Virus record (IMG/VR): IMGVR_UViG_3300047393_000086
Coordinates: 1-64,000 of that record
Reading direction: 5' to 3' (one strand)
DNA from: a virus
Length of the DNA stretch: 64,000 nt
A program made the translations under genes and the position numbers. Below, in pieces: positions 16,343 through 25,608 of the stretch. The notes under the pieces are model-generated. The model was not told the DNA's origin. It ran no database searches and saw nothing but the letters and a program-made list of their open reading frames with translations. Positions within the stretch are counted from its first letter, which is position 1. Every line of letters begins with the position of its first letter.

Positions 16343-17226
16343 TCTGTTATTATATTGTTAATCCAATCGTTTAAGTTATTTATAGGCTTCCATTCTAATA
16401 AAGTTTCAGTATCTGATGGAAATTCTTCACTTGCAAATCTTTCTCCCATTCGTTCAGGTATTAGGGTATATGCACTATTGAACATATTTGCTAATTCTAT
16501 CATTGAAACATTAGTACCAGATCGTAAATGCCATTCATGATTCATTGCTGGATCTTTTTCGGCAGCTTTAATAAGTCCACTTACAATATCATCAACATGT
16601 GTAAAATCTCTTGTTTGAGTTCCTGGTGAAACTACGCTTAATAATTCTCCGGCACGATATTGTCTTTCAAAGATTCCAACAACTGTCGCGTAATCGCCCG
16701 ATGTTATTTGGCCAGGACCATAAACATTAAAGAAATAACATATCTCATAATTTAAACCGTACCAATTGCTATAGTTCTTGATTAGTTCTACCATTTTTGA
16801 TTTCATCCAAGAATATGGGCTCAAATTCTCATCCTTACCGTCATTTCCAAATTTACTTGAACTTGCTGAATAAATAAGTTTTGCATTCCATTTTCTACAA
16901 AGCTCAAGAATTACAGGTGTTCCTGACAGAATACTACGATGAACGAAATCAATATCTTCAAACGATTTAACAATTCTACTATATTCTCCAAAATGGAAAA
17001 CTGTATCGAATTCTCTGTTTCTTAAAATATGGTCGGCTTCCCAAGTATGCCCGTGATAATATTCTACGCCAGAGACATGATTCTCTTCCTTTCCTGTAAA
17101 ATAATTATCTAAGCTAACTATTGTAGAATCCGGATGGGATTCTTTAAGTTTTTTAATTAGAGAAGATCCGACAAAACCAGCACCTCCTGTTACAAGTATG
17201 TTTTTCATATATTTTATTTGTTCCAT
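16339..17226 (-). CDS. NAD-dependent epimerase/dehydratase
   Basis: TGGAGFVG, YASSS, YSWMK, FNVYGP, RDFTHVDD. True start may be the second Met. Confidence 0.88.
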   Translation of the reverse strand: MEQIKYMKNILVTGGAGFVGSSLIKKLKESHPDSTIVSLDNYFTGKEENHVSGVEYYHGHTWEADHILRNREFDTVFHFGEYSRIVKSFEDIDFVHRSILSGTPVILELCRKWNAKLIYSASSSKFGNDGKDENLSPYSWMKSKMVELIKNYSNWYGLNYEICYFFNVYGPGQITSGDYATVVGIFERQYRAGELLSVVSPGTQTRDFTHVDDIVSGLIKAAEKDPAMNHEWHLRSGTNVSMIELANMFNSAYTLIPERMGERFASEEFPSDTETLLEWKPINNLNDWINNIITE

Positions 17227-18020
17227 TTAGGGTCGTACCAAAATCTTCGACCACCTTTATCAATTATTGTTGCCATTCCAGTGACTCCATAACATTGCAT
17301 GAATTCTCTCCAGCCCATTTTAACATCTTCAAGAGTTTCAAATTGAAATGGATTTTTCCAATCTTTGAGTTCTCCACCTCCTAATAAATAGGCTTTGCTT
17401 GGAATTTCTCGACATAATGAATATAATTCAGAGTGTTTTGTTAAGGCTTCTCTTGCAGAAATGAATGGATCTACATCAACTCGATATAAAATCTCAGCTC
17501 TAAGATAATTACCAATACCGTTAAACCATCGTTGATTCATTAAAACCTCGTGAATCGGTTTGTCAAAATCTTTTTTGTGTAAGTTATCTTTGATATTTCG
17601 AACAAAGTCCTGAAATTGCACAGTTGGATCTGGTCCACGATCTTTATTCCAATTGCCCCATTTCCAATTCCCAAATCTACGAACATCAACAAAATCAAGA
17701 GTACCATCTTCAGATACAAATTTTAAATGTGAATGTTTTGAAATTGTTCCAGGAGGGACCCAATTAAAATGACCAGCCATTCCCATACCCATCATTAAGT
17801 GATGAACCTTTTTATCTGGAGCATTTGTTGGAACTGATGTTATTTCTAATCTTAATTCCTTTCCACGGCTTTCGGCTGAAAGTACAAATGGGAAATCAAT
17901 CTCTTCAAAAATATCGGCTCCTTTATGAACTGGATTCTTTTTGATCTTTGTGAAAATTCTGCCATTTCCTTCTTGGTTAATATAATCCGCGGTAAGTCTT
18001 AGTTCTGCTAATTCTGGCAT
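17214..18020 (-). CDS. Fpg/Nei DNA glycosylase, NEIL1-like
   Basis: N-terminal PE, RGKELRL, DVRRFG, H2TH FNGIGNYLRAEILYR, zincless-finger-like C-terminus. Confidence 0.88.
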   Translation of the reverse strand: MPELAELRLTADYINQEGNGRIFTKIKKNPVHKGADIFEEIDFPFVLSAESRGKELRLEITSVPTNAPDKKVHHLMMGMGMAGHFNWVPPGTISKHSHLKFVSEDGTLDFVDVRRFGNWKWGNWNKDRGPDPTVQFQDFVRNIKDNLHKKDFDKPIHEVLMNQRWFNGIGNYLRAEILYRVDVDPFISAREALTKHSELYSLCREIPSKAYLLGGGELKDWKNPFQFETLEDVKMGWREFMQCYGVTGMATIIDKGGRRFWYDPKWNK

Positions 18021-18029
18021 ATTTTGTTT

Positions 18030-18476
18030 TTAAAAATTACCTTCTGCTACTTGAAAACAAGGAACTCCATTATCTCTCCACATTTTAACAACCTTGTCTC
18101 GATCATCAAAAGCGCAAATAACGTTATGTTCTTTTTTTCTTAAATCATCTAGCCATAATTTTTTTAATTTATCATCTGGTACATAACTACCATGACGTCG
18201 CATTTTAATCATGTCTGGATAGATTCCGAAAGAAGCCAACCATTCGATAGTTTCATTAACGCTAATATCGTCTCTTCCACTGAAAATTACAATACAATAT
18301 TGTTCAGTTAAAGCCTTTAAGACTTTAATAACTGGATGATTTGGTTCATCTAATTTAATATTTTCAGGTGCAAAGAAAACATCCCAATCCATTTTTCCAT
18401 CTGGTTTGGTTGCTAAAGCGCGTCTTTTATCGATGTTTGCTAAAGTTCCATCAAGATCAAAAATTACAGTCTCCAT
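18030..18476 (-). CDS. HAD polynucleotide 3'-phosphatase (PseT C-terminal-like)
   Basis: FDLDGTLA, SGR, K, FDDR..V..MWR..G..CFQVAEGNF. Confidence 0.85.
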   Translation of the reverse strand: METVIFDLDGTLANIDKRRALATKPDGKMDWDVFFAPENIKLDEPNHPVIKVLKALTEQYCIVIFSGRDDISVNETIEWLASFGIYPDMIKMRRHGSYVPDDKLKKLWLDDLRKKEHNVICAFDDRDKVVKMWRDNGVPCFQVAEGNF

Positions 18477-18694
18477 TACTTTTTGTTATAAGAAGTTGAT
18501 GCTTTAAATAAAATTGAGAATAAAAAGTTTAATCCCATTGCTTGCCAAAATCCAATTGAGTGGGTTCCGTCAACTGCGGGAACTAAACATCCATTCCATA
18601 ATAATTGTACTGGCCATGCCAATAAGATTGCTGCGAAGATTATCAAGGCGATTCCACCTAAAATCATTCCAATTCCTGTTGCTAATTTTTCCAT
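18476..18694 (-). CDS. Small membrane protein
   Basis: Two hydrophobic segments, LLWN..IGFWQA. Confidence 0.65.
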   Translation of the reverse strand: MEKLATGIGMILGGIALIIFAAILLAWPVQLLWNGCLVPAVDGTHSIGFWQAMGLNFLFSILFKASTSYNKK

Positions 18695-18699
18695 AATGA

Positions 18700-18849
18700 T
18701 TATATTTGTTCTTCTAATTTTGTTTCAATTAATAAATAAGTTCCAACTTCTGATTGTTTTACAATTCCTGTTGAAATAATTGATTTGGCGATTTCGATGT
18801 TTTGAGCTGCTATTAAGTTTAACGTTTGCTCCATGTAGATTACTTTCAT
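18700..18849 (-). CDS. Small 49-aa hypothetical protein
   Basis: Manual translation MKVIYMEQTL...LEEQI; fills the operon gap. Confidence 0.55.
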   Translation of the reverse strand: MKVIYMEQTLNLIAAQNIEIAKSIISTGIVKQSEVGTYLLIETKLEEQI

Positions 18850-18850
18850 A

Positions 18851-19087
18851 TTAATTGATGCTTTCTTCGTAGTTAGTTTTACCGGAACTTTGTGATGTCA
18901 TTGTCTCTCCCTTTGACGTAAAATAGTGATAATGACCCTTATCAAAAAATCTATACATTTTTATTCCATCCTTTTTAAATAGGAATTTAACTCCATATTG
19001 TTCGGTTACAGTTCCTTCTGGTTTTACATTTTCTACACATGATGTTAAAAAAATTGAAATCGTAAGTATTAATAATAATTTTTTCAT
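18851..19087 (-). CDS. Small lipoprotein
   Basis: Signal peptide with lipobox LTSC. Confidence 0.7.
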   Translation of the reverse strand: MKKLLLILTISIFLTSCVENVKPEGTVTEQYGVKFLFKKDGIKMYRFFDKGHYHYFTSKGETMTSQSSGKTNYEESIN

Positions 19088-19174
19088 GATTTATTTGTTT
19101 TAATTTGTATATGTAAATATAAGCAAAATATTTCAAACCGGAAACATTTTTATGTTAATTTTTTGTTAAAGTTA

Positions 19175-19312
19175 TTAACAATCCTCTCCCTTACCTTTAT
19201 GCTTGGTTTTCTTGTAATATTTCTTTTTATTTCGGTGAGGAGTTGGTACTTTTAGGGCATCGAACCATTCTTCTAGAGTAAAATTGATCTTTGTAAGTTT
19301 TTTCTTTTCCAT
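19175..19312 (-). CDS. Small basic 45-aa early protein
   Basis: Manual translation MEKKKLTKINFTLEEWFDALKVPTPHRNKKKYYKKTKHKGKGEDC; follows the early promoter at 19331. Confidence 0.6.
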   Translation of the reverse strand: MEKKKLTKINFTLEEWFDALKVPTPHRNKKKYYKKTKHKGKGEDC

Positions 19313-19429
19313 TTTGTTTTAATTTGATATGTAAATATAATATATTTTTTTGACGCGGTAAAATGTTTTTTTGACTTTTTTCACTAGGTCGTTAAATAAA
19401 TATATTAACCTAAAAATATCTATAGAATC

Positions 19430-19567
19430 ATGGCAAAGAATGCAACTGGTGGTGCTTTTACAGAAACACCAAAAAAGAAAAGAAAAGGAGTTCACGCTAA
19501 AACTAAAACTACAAAGAACAAGGGAGCTGACAACTACAAAAAATCAAACAAAGGCCAGGGTAGATAA
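19430..19567 (+). CDS. Small basic 45-aa protein (GQGR C-terminus)
   Basis: Manual translation MAKNATGGAFTETPKKKRKGVHAKTKTTKNKGADNYKKSNKGQGR; phage-like codon usage. Confidence 0.65.
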   Translation: MAKNATGGAFTETPKKKRKGVHAKTKTTKNKGADNYKKSNKGQGR

Positions 19568-19577
19568 CCTTGGCTTT

Positions 19578-20180
19578 TTAATTTTTGCTAACTAGATATT
19601 TTTCGTAAGATCCATCCAATTTTTTATTCGGAAAATAATAAGATTTGAATTTATTACCATTCAAATAAATAATCTTGCTAAATCCTACAGGTACCATTGC
19701 TCCAGTTGTTAACCTGGTTGAACCTACGAAATCAACATAAATCTTAATTGTTACCTTATTATTAATTGCAAGTTCCTTCTCGTATGATTCTAGCACCTTC
19801 CATTGACCACGGTTTAGGTCTCGATGCTGTAACGAACAATTAACATACGAAAATGTTAATTTTAAACTAGAATACTCACAGTTAAAATCTGCAGCGGGAG
19901 CCATGTGACCTTTATCCCAAACATTATACGCATAATCTGCATCATCTGATGTATGAATTCCATTTGGTCTATAGAAATTTAAACCAGTGCGTTCATAATG
20001 TTTCTTTGAGTTCATATTACACGCAACATCATAAGTTATTTCTAAAGGTTGTTCAAAATCCTGAGAATAAACTATTGAATAGACAGAATTATTGATTGTA
20101 ACATTTTTTAAGTTTGGAGAAGTTATTCCAAGAGAAAGAAAGGCTACAATCAATAATAAGGGCAATGAAAATATTTTCAC
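19578..20180 (-). CDS. DNA/RNA non-specific endonuclease with signal peptide
   Basis: DKGHMAPAADF, TFSYVN..Q...LNRGQWK.LE; hydrophobic N-terminus. Confidence 0.85.
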   Translation of the reverse strand: MKIFSLPLLLIVAFLSLGITSPNLKNVTINNSVYSIVYSQDFEQPLEITYDVACNMNSKKHYERTGLNFYRPNGIHTSDDADYAYNVWDKGHMAPAADFNCEYSSLKLTFSYVNCSLQHRDLNRGQWKVLESYEKELAINNKVTIKIYVDFVGSTRLTTGAMVPVGFSKIIYLNGNKFKSYYFPNKKLDGSYEKYLVSKN

Positions 20181-20509
20181 TATTTGTATGTGTAATTTTT
20201 GTTTAAATCAGCGGTTGATGTTGATGTAAAAGTTACCGTGTTTGGATTTCCTGTTCCGGTATGCCAATCACAGTATGGTACATTAATCGGCTGATTCGGG
20301 ATAAAAGGTTGATACGGCTGAGCAGGATACGATGGTATTCCTGGGCCAATCCATTGATTTTGGTTTGGACTTGGTAACCATTTAGTAACTTCAGTCTTTA
20401 ATAAGACAACAGCTTCTTCAGCACTTATTAGTTTTTCGTCTAATAATCTTTGTACTATTGATTCTCTAGTTGGCATGATTCTCAAATTTTTCAAGATAGA
20501 ATCCAACAT
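20180..20509 (-). CDS. Hypothetical protein (start probably at the internal Met, about 20476)
   Basis: ORF with Pro-rich C-terminus. Confidence 0.55.
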   Translation of the reverse strand: MLDSILKNLRIMPTRESIVQRLLDEKLISAEEAVVLLKTEVTKWLPSPNQNQWIGPGIPSYPAQPYQPFIPNQPINVPYCDWHTGTGNPNTVTFTSTSTADLNKNYTYK

Positions 20510-20723
20510 CGTTAACTCCTACGAATCTTTCGATTTCAGTTCCATTCTCATCGATTAATAATACTGTTGGAATATTTCGGATTCCATACTGTTGTGTGAT
20601 TTCTTGATTTTCATCAACTAAGATTTTTTCAACAGTAATATTTGCCTCAGCAACTAATTCCATTTTTGGCGCTAATTGTTTACAAGGTCCGCACCATGGT
20701 GCGCTAAAATAAAGGTATTTCAT
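20466..20723 (-). CDS. Thioredoxin
   Basis: WCGPC active site, IPT cis-Pro loop; middle-type promoter at 20740-20768. Confidence 0.92.
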   Translation of the reverse strand: MKYLYFSAPWCGPCKQLAPKMELVAEANITVEKILVDENQEITQQYGIRNIPTVLLIDENGTEIERFVGVNDVGFYLEKFENHAN

Positions 20724-20755
20724 GATATTAAATTTAGATATTATATAAAGATGTT

Positions 20756-23449
20756 TTAAACTGTTTCAACAACATTAACTTTAATCACTCTATCAAATCT
20801 TTCTTCTAAAGCTTCAATTGCATCAATAAGAGGTTGTAAATCTAGTTTGCCTTCTTTATTAGCATCACCTAACTTATCTGCGCTCTTTTTAACACCAACA
20901 ACCGACTCTTTAACGGCTACCATAGTTGATTGAAGAACATCTCCAGCCTTAGCAGCTTCAGCGCTTTGTTTTGCTGATGCTTTTTCAAGATTAGTAATTG
21001 TTCCTGTTAATTGTTTAACTGCTTCCATTAATTTTTCAGCTAAAACTGCCATTGCAGATTCTCCTTTATTTTTTGCAAGATCTGTAAGCGCTTTAAACAT
21101 GTCTGTTGTTGCTACTATTGCTTTTATATTCATTACCTTACTTGCGTTTGCAATTCCAGTATATGATCCAGCAATACTTCTAAATGCTTTTGCCTGCGAA
21201 TTAAAATCATCTACATCAATATTTTCGTGTAGATCGGTAAGCGATGTAAATGCTTTCATTGCCATCGAAGCACCTCCATTAATCATAGCGAATCCTTTAC
21301 CAACATTTATTAATGGTATTGCAAGTTTATTAACATCAGGCGCAATAACAGCCAGACGTTCTAATATTTCAATCGGTGATGGTTGATCTCCTCCAAAAAG
21401 AGAACCAATACCATCAAGAATTCCTCCAATTGCATTACCAATACCGGACGCAATACTTGAACCAGCCATTGCTGCTGTAAAGATTAACCATGCTCCTCCT
21501 AATGCTGCAATACCAATTGCAAGGCCGATCATATTGTCAACTCCAATTTCATTTTTAAATCGGGCAAATACATCAATCATTCCATTAATTGGGGCTAATA
21601 ACATTGCTGTAAATCCTTGAGCCACTGTAATTAATTGAGGCATAACTGGAGCCAATCCAGCAAGAATCCAACCAACTGCTAATATTGTAATTGCGGCAAC
21701 AATAATACCAAGTGCTCCTAATAGAAGAGTAGCTGGTGTTAATGCAGCAACGGCAAGTCCCATTGCAACTATAGCAAGTCCCATAACTCCTAAAGCTGCT
21801 CCAGTGTTAATGGTCCAGTCAAGAGGCGGAGAAATCCATGTCCCTGGTCCTAATGATAGGATCCAACCAACTGCGATAATTGCGAAAGCAGTAACTGCAA
21901 CTGCAATAAGCCCTTTAAATAAGTCTCCAATTCCTAAGCTTCCAAGTGTTTTACTTGCAAGATATAAAACTGCTCCAAAAATTACAATAGCCAAACCAGC
22001 TTTAAGAACCCATTCTGGTTCTGGTGCAAAATATGCAATTCCACTAAGTCCTTGGAAAATCCATGCAGTTGCAAGAACTCCAAATGCAACAATTGGAATT
22101 GCTACAGCCATGAATATCATTTCTTTTAGTGTCATTCCTTTAATAGCTTTAGAAACTATATAAAAAGGAACTGCAAATATTAATAATGAAAATCCTGCCT
22201 TAAGAACCCATAAAGGATCTGGTGCAAGATATTCAGAAATTGCTGATAATCCTTGGAATATAAAGGCAGTACCTAAAATTCCGATTGCAAGAATTGGAAT
22301 TGCAATAGCGCCATATAAAAGCTCTTTTGGATTAACTCCTTTAATTGCCTTCATTATAAAATAGAATCCAACAGCATATAACCCAATTGCAAATGCAGAT
22401 TTAAGAACCCATATTGGATCTGGTGCCATAGTTGGATCTACTTGAGGTAGAATTTGAAAAATTGCGGCAACACCCATAATACCAAGTGCCATTAATGGAA
22501 TTGCAATCGCGCCAAAAATAAGTTCTTTGATGCTTGCACCTTTAATTGCCTTCATTATAAAATAGAATCCTATTGAATATAAACCTATTGCAAATGCAGA
22601 TTTAAGAACCCACAATGGATCTGGTGCTTGTAAATTACTTCCAGTTGGTAGTAACATAAATGCGTAAGCTGCTCCAACAATACCAAGTGCCATTAATGGA
22701 ATTGCGGCTGCTGCAAATACAAGTTCTTCTTTCTTAAGGTCTTTTGTTGCTTTTAAAATCATAGAATATGCAAATGCTGCCGGAATCATAATAACTGCGA
22801 CTGCTAATGCTAATAATAATTGAACTGGATTAACCATTGGCATTAAGGTAAATATTGCACCACTTAAAACAAGTGAAATTGCAATTGATGCCATTGCTAG
22901 AGTTGTTGCTCCGGCAAGTGAGAACATCGATTTTGGATTGCTCATATCTGCTGAACTATCCCCTTTTCCAATAATGTCTCTAGAATTTCTACCGAGAACT
23001 TCGGCAATTTTAACAAATGTTGGTGCTATAAGTGCAAAAATACCAGCTACAGCTAACACGGTAAGTAATTGTCCTACTGAAATAACAGGAACTAATGTAA
23101 ATAATGCGGCAGCTCCAACAATTGCTCCAGCAACACCAACGATCATCAGTGCTGTTAAACCAACGTCTTTAGCCGACATTGGAGTAAACATTCCTCCTCC
23201 AGGACCTCCTTTTGCTCCAGCACCTTTTGCTAGTAACTTATTTTGTTCTCTCATGATACTTCTAATATCAGAAAGAATTCCAGTTTGTTTTTTAAGCTCG
23301 TTTGATGTTTCGTTTCCTGATTTACTACTTGCTCCATTAAGAACAACTTCAGCGATTCTGCTAAGAAGTACTGCAGATGCTTCAGTTGCGTCTGCTATTT
23401 TCTGTAATGGTGTTGTTAATAGGGTAACTTGTTTATTATTACTGGTCAC
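20756..23449 (-). CDS. Tape-measure-like protein with hydrophobic repeats of about 66 aa
   Basis: Ala/Gly/Ile-rich, repeated APDP.WVLK..F...KAIKG units; lies after the tube and chaperone genes; late promoter at 23493. Confidence 0.65.
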   Translation of the reverse strand: MTSNNKQVTLLTTPLQKIADATEASAVLLSRIAEVVLNGASSKSGNETSNELKKQTGILSDIRSIMREQNKLLAKGAGAKGGPGGGMFTPMSAKDVGLTALMIVGVAGAIVGAAALFTLVPVISVGQLLTVLAVAGIFALIAPTFVKIAEVLGRNSRDIIGKGDSSADMSNPKSMFSLAGATTLAMASIAISLVLSGAIFTLMPMVNPVQLLLALAVAVIMIPAAFAYSMILKATKDLKKEELVFAAAAIPLMALGIVGAAYAFMLLPTGSNLQAPDPLWVLKSAFAIGLYSIGFYFIMKAIKGASIKELIFGAIAIPLMALGIMGVAAIFQILPQVDPTMAPDPIWVLKSAFAIGLYAVGFYFIMKAIKGVNPKELLYGAIAIPILAIGILGTAFIFQGLSAISEYLAPDPLWVLKAGFSLLIFAVPFYIVSKAIKGMTLKEMIFMAVAIPIVAFGVLATAWIFQGLSGIAYFAPEPEWVLKAGLAIVIFGAVLYLASKTLGSLGIGDLFKGLIAVAVTAFAIIAVGWILSLGPGTWISPPLDWTINTGAALGVMGLAIVAMGLAVAALTPATLLLGALGIIVAAITILAVGWILAGLAPVMPQLITVAQGFTAMLLAPINGMIDVFARFKNEIGVDNMIGLAIGIAALGGAWLIFTAAMAGSSIASGIGNAIGGILDGIGSLFGGDQPSPIEILERLAVIAPDVNKLAIPLINVGKGFAMINGGASMAMKAFTSLTDLHENIDVDDFNSQAKAFRSIAGSYTGIANASKVMNIKAIVATTDMFKALTDLAKNKGESAMAVLAEKLMEAVKQLTGTITNLEKASAKQSAEAAKAGDVLQSTMVAVKESVVGVKKSADKLGDANKEGKLDLQPLIDAIEALEERFDRVIKVNVVETV

Positions 23450-23504
23450 GCGCGATTCTATTTTTTTAAGATAAACACTTGTTCTCTAGGATTATATATC
23501 CCAA

Positions 23505-23535
23505 TAAAAAAGGGTCCGATTAGGGACCCTCTATT
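23505..23535 (-). terminator. Intrinsic terminator
   Basis: AGGGTC..GACCCT hairpin followed by a T tract on the minus strand. Confidence 0.65.
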
Positions 23536-23810
23536 TATTTAAGATTTGGCATTTTCATGTTAGGCATTTTCATGCTTGGCATCTTCATACCACTCATAGC
23601 TCCTGACGTTGCATCATTCTGCCCTTGGTTCTGTTTATTCTCCTCCTTGATATGTTCTATTAAATCCTTAACTAAATAATAGAACTCATAATACTCAAGG
23701 TTTTCAAGTTCACTTGGTTGAATATGTAATTTAAGATAAATGTGAAATTTAACCTTAAAGAAGTTCGCCAGCGATATCTTGAACAACGAAAAGAGATTTG
23801 ATGCCGTCAC
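23535..23810 (-). CDS. Baseplate/tail assembly chaperone, gp51-like (possibly a frameshift extension of the upstream gene)
   Basis: PSELENL.YYE pattern. Overlaps the upstream ORF by 56 nt, has no ATG start, and ends in an MKMP repeat tail. Confidence 0.55.
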   Translation of the reverse strand: MTASNLFSLFKISLANFFKVKFHIYLKLHIQPSELENLEYYEFYYLVKDLIEHIKEENKQNQGQNDATSGAMSGMKMPSMKMPNMKMPNLK

Positions 23811-24714
23811 GAAAGGTGATGGGAACTTCCTCCTCCTCGTCCCCTAACTGTACTAGCATATTTGGTTGAACTCCAATTTTCATCTTTTCAGCCAATGTAT
23901 ACACTAAATTGTATTTTTTGTTTGACCATCCGTTTAATTCAATTTCAAATTCAAAGATAGTTTTATCGCTAAAACCTCTCCAGTCCTTATTCAAATAAGG
24001 AATAATTTGAAGAATTGATTGGTCGACTTTTTGACCTTTTTGTTGCTTTTCTTTAATATAAGCAGTAATCTTTTGCATAACTCCGATAACAGGTGGAGTC
24101 ATTTCAATTGTTCCAAAAGATTTCGTTTCAATCATAAATGATTTTCTTTCTGAATCATAATACTTGTCTAATTCAGCTGGAATTTTAAAGTATTGAAAGA
24201 ATTCTTTTTTAATTTCAATTTCATGCTTCTCTCCTTTTTTCGACATGTGATCGATTTTAAGGTTAGATTCTGGCTCTGGAAATGTTAAATCTCTAATTGA
24301 TAAAATAATGTAAAATCTGTCCTCTTCAAGAATATCTTTATAAGACAATCTTTTGTTTGCTGAAGTTATTCTAATACATGATTCTAAAATTTGATTTAAT
24401 TTTTCATCAATATCTAAAACGTTAGTTTCGTCAATTGTTGAGAAATGTCTAATCTCGGTTACCTTTGCAGATCTGATTGAAATTTCAGTGCCTTCAGGAT
24501 AAAACATTCCACCAGATGGTAGTGAAATTGTAGGAATAGTATGGTAGCCTAAATGGAAATCTGCACTTTCTGCTTTTTCTCCAGTAAATCTTTCCATATT
24601 AACCCTTCCTAAATTAACGGGCTCTTCTTGTGTTTCTTGAGATTCGTTAGATTGAACCATATTCTTATATTGGTCTTCTAAGTTGATTTCGTTTTCGTTA
24701 CTTTCGTTACTCAT
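23755..24714 (-). CDS. Baseplate hub/tail assembly protein, gp26-like
   Basis: LPSGG.FYP...DRFYIILSIR pattern; structural context. Confidence 0.6.
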   Translation of the reverse strand: MSNESNENEINLEDQYKNMVQSNESQETQEEPVNLGRVNMERFTGEKAESADFHLGYHTIPTISLPSGGMFYPEGTEISIRSAKVTEIRHFSTIDETNVLDIDEKLNQILESCIRITSANKRLSYKDILEEDRFYIILSIRDLTFPEPESNLKIDHMSKKGEKHEIEIKKEFFQYFKIPAELDKYYDSERKSFMIETKSFGTIEMTPPVIGVMQKITAYIKEKQQKGQKVDQSILQIIPYLNKDWRGFSDKTIFEFEIELNGWSNKKYNLVYTLAEKMKIGVQPNMLVQLGDEEEEVPITFRDGIKSLFVVQDIAGELL

Positions 24715-24717
24715 AAA

Positions 24718-24933
24718 TTATTTGTCTTTAAGTTTTTTAATATCAATTTTTTCGAAAGGCTTGATACTACTTGCCTTTTTTTCGATTTCTTCTCTAATAA
24801 CATCTCTAATAAAAGCAGAAATTGAAATAGGTCGTTGACCCGTTTCAATTGCTTCATTTAGGATGATTCGATTAATCAAAGATACCTCGTCTTCTGACAG
24901 AAGAACCTGTAACTTTTTTGTTAATTTATCCAT
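24718..24933 (-). CDS. Small ribbon-helix-helix-like DNA-binding protein
   Basis: KLQVLLSEDE...SISAFIRDVI. Confidence 0.55.
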   Translation of the reverse strand: MDKLTKKLQVLLSEDEVSLINRIILNEAIETGQRPISISAFIRDVIREEIEKKASSIKPFEKIDIKKLKDK

Positions 24934-25019
24934 CTATATATTATATTATCATTATATTATGTTTTTGTTTCAAAAAAATGGGGAATAATTAAAAACTATT
25001 CCCCATGATTATTGAATAA

Positions 25020-25574
25020 TTATGCTAAAACTTCTTTCCAAGCATCACATCTAAAACCTACTTCTAATGCTGCTGCATCCGGAGTTTCGTAGCTTAATTC
25101 ATTTGTGAATCCTAAACCTGAAGTTATTTGGCAATCTTCTAAAGTTACAGTTCTATAAATATCTCCAGCTCTGTTGAACTGAACGATAACAATAGTACCT
25201 ACATAATCCTTTTTAAGTCCCATAGCACCTGTGTTTGGATCGTATCTTAAGTTATACCATTGTCTCATTGATTTATAAAGGTAAGCTTGATTAGCCTCGT
25301 TTAAGTTTAATGAGAAGTTAATTGTTACGTCAACTGATGTATTATCAGGAGTACCTGCATACGATCTAGTTACGAATTTGTATTTTTGTTCAATAGCACC
25401 AACTTCTTTATATAAATCTAATCCTGAGATTGAATTAATATGTTGAAGCATAAGTGGCGCATCCGAAACACCTTGTGGTGGAAGAATTGTAACTTCGAAC
25501 AAGTTACCTTGTACTGGTTCGAAGTTTCTACCTTTTCTAGACGTTTGGTCTTGATTATAATGTGGTAAAGCCAT
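25020..25574 (-). CDS. Tail tube protein (gp19-like)
   Basis: NLFEVTI, QWYNL..DP..G..K.DY; follows the sheath gene. Confidence 0.8.
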   Translation of the reverse strand: MALPHYNQDQTSRKGRNFEPVQGNLFEVTILPPQGVSDAPLMLQHINSISGLDLYKEVGAIEQKYKFVTRSYAGTPDNTSVDVTINFSLNLNEANQAYLYKSMRQWYNLRYDPNTGAMGLKKDYVGTIVIVQFNRAGDIYRTVTLEDCQITSGLGFTNELSYETPDAAALEVGFRCDAWKEVLA

Positions 25575-25608
25575 GTTTTATTAATGTTTTATTTTTTTAT
25601 ATATCTAA

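Noticed and set aside
19371-19595. 74-aa plus-strand ORF from the track
   Set aside because: The ATG-started 45-aa ORF at 19430-19567 in another frame has a better start context and composition.
21099-23474. Plus-strand ORFs (21099, 21804, 22938) and similar antisense ORFs across the window
   Set aside because: Shadows of codon bias in long minus-strand genes.
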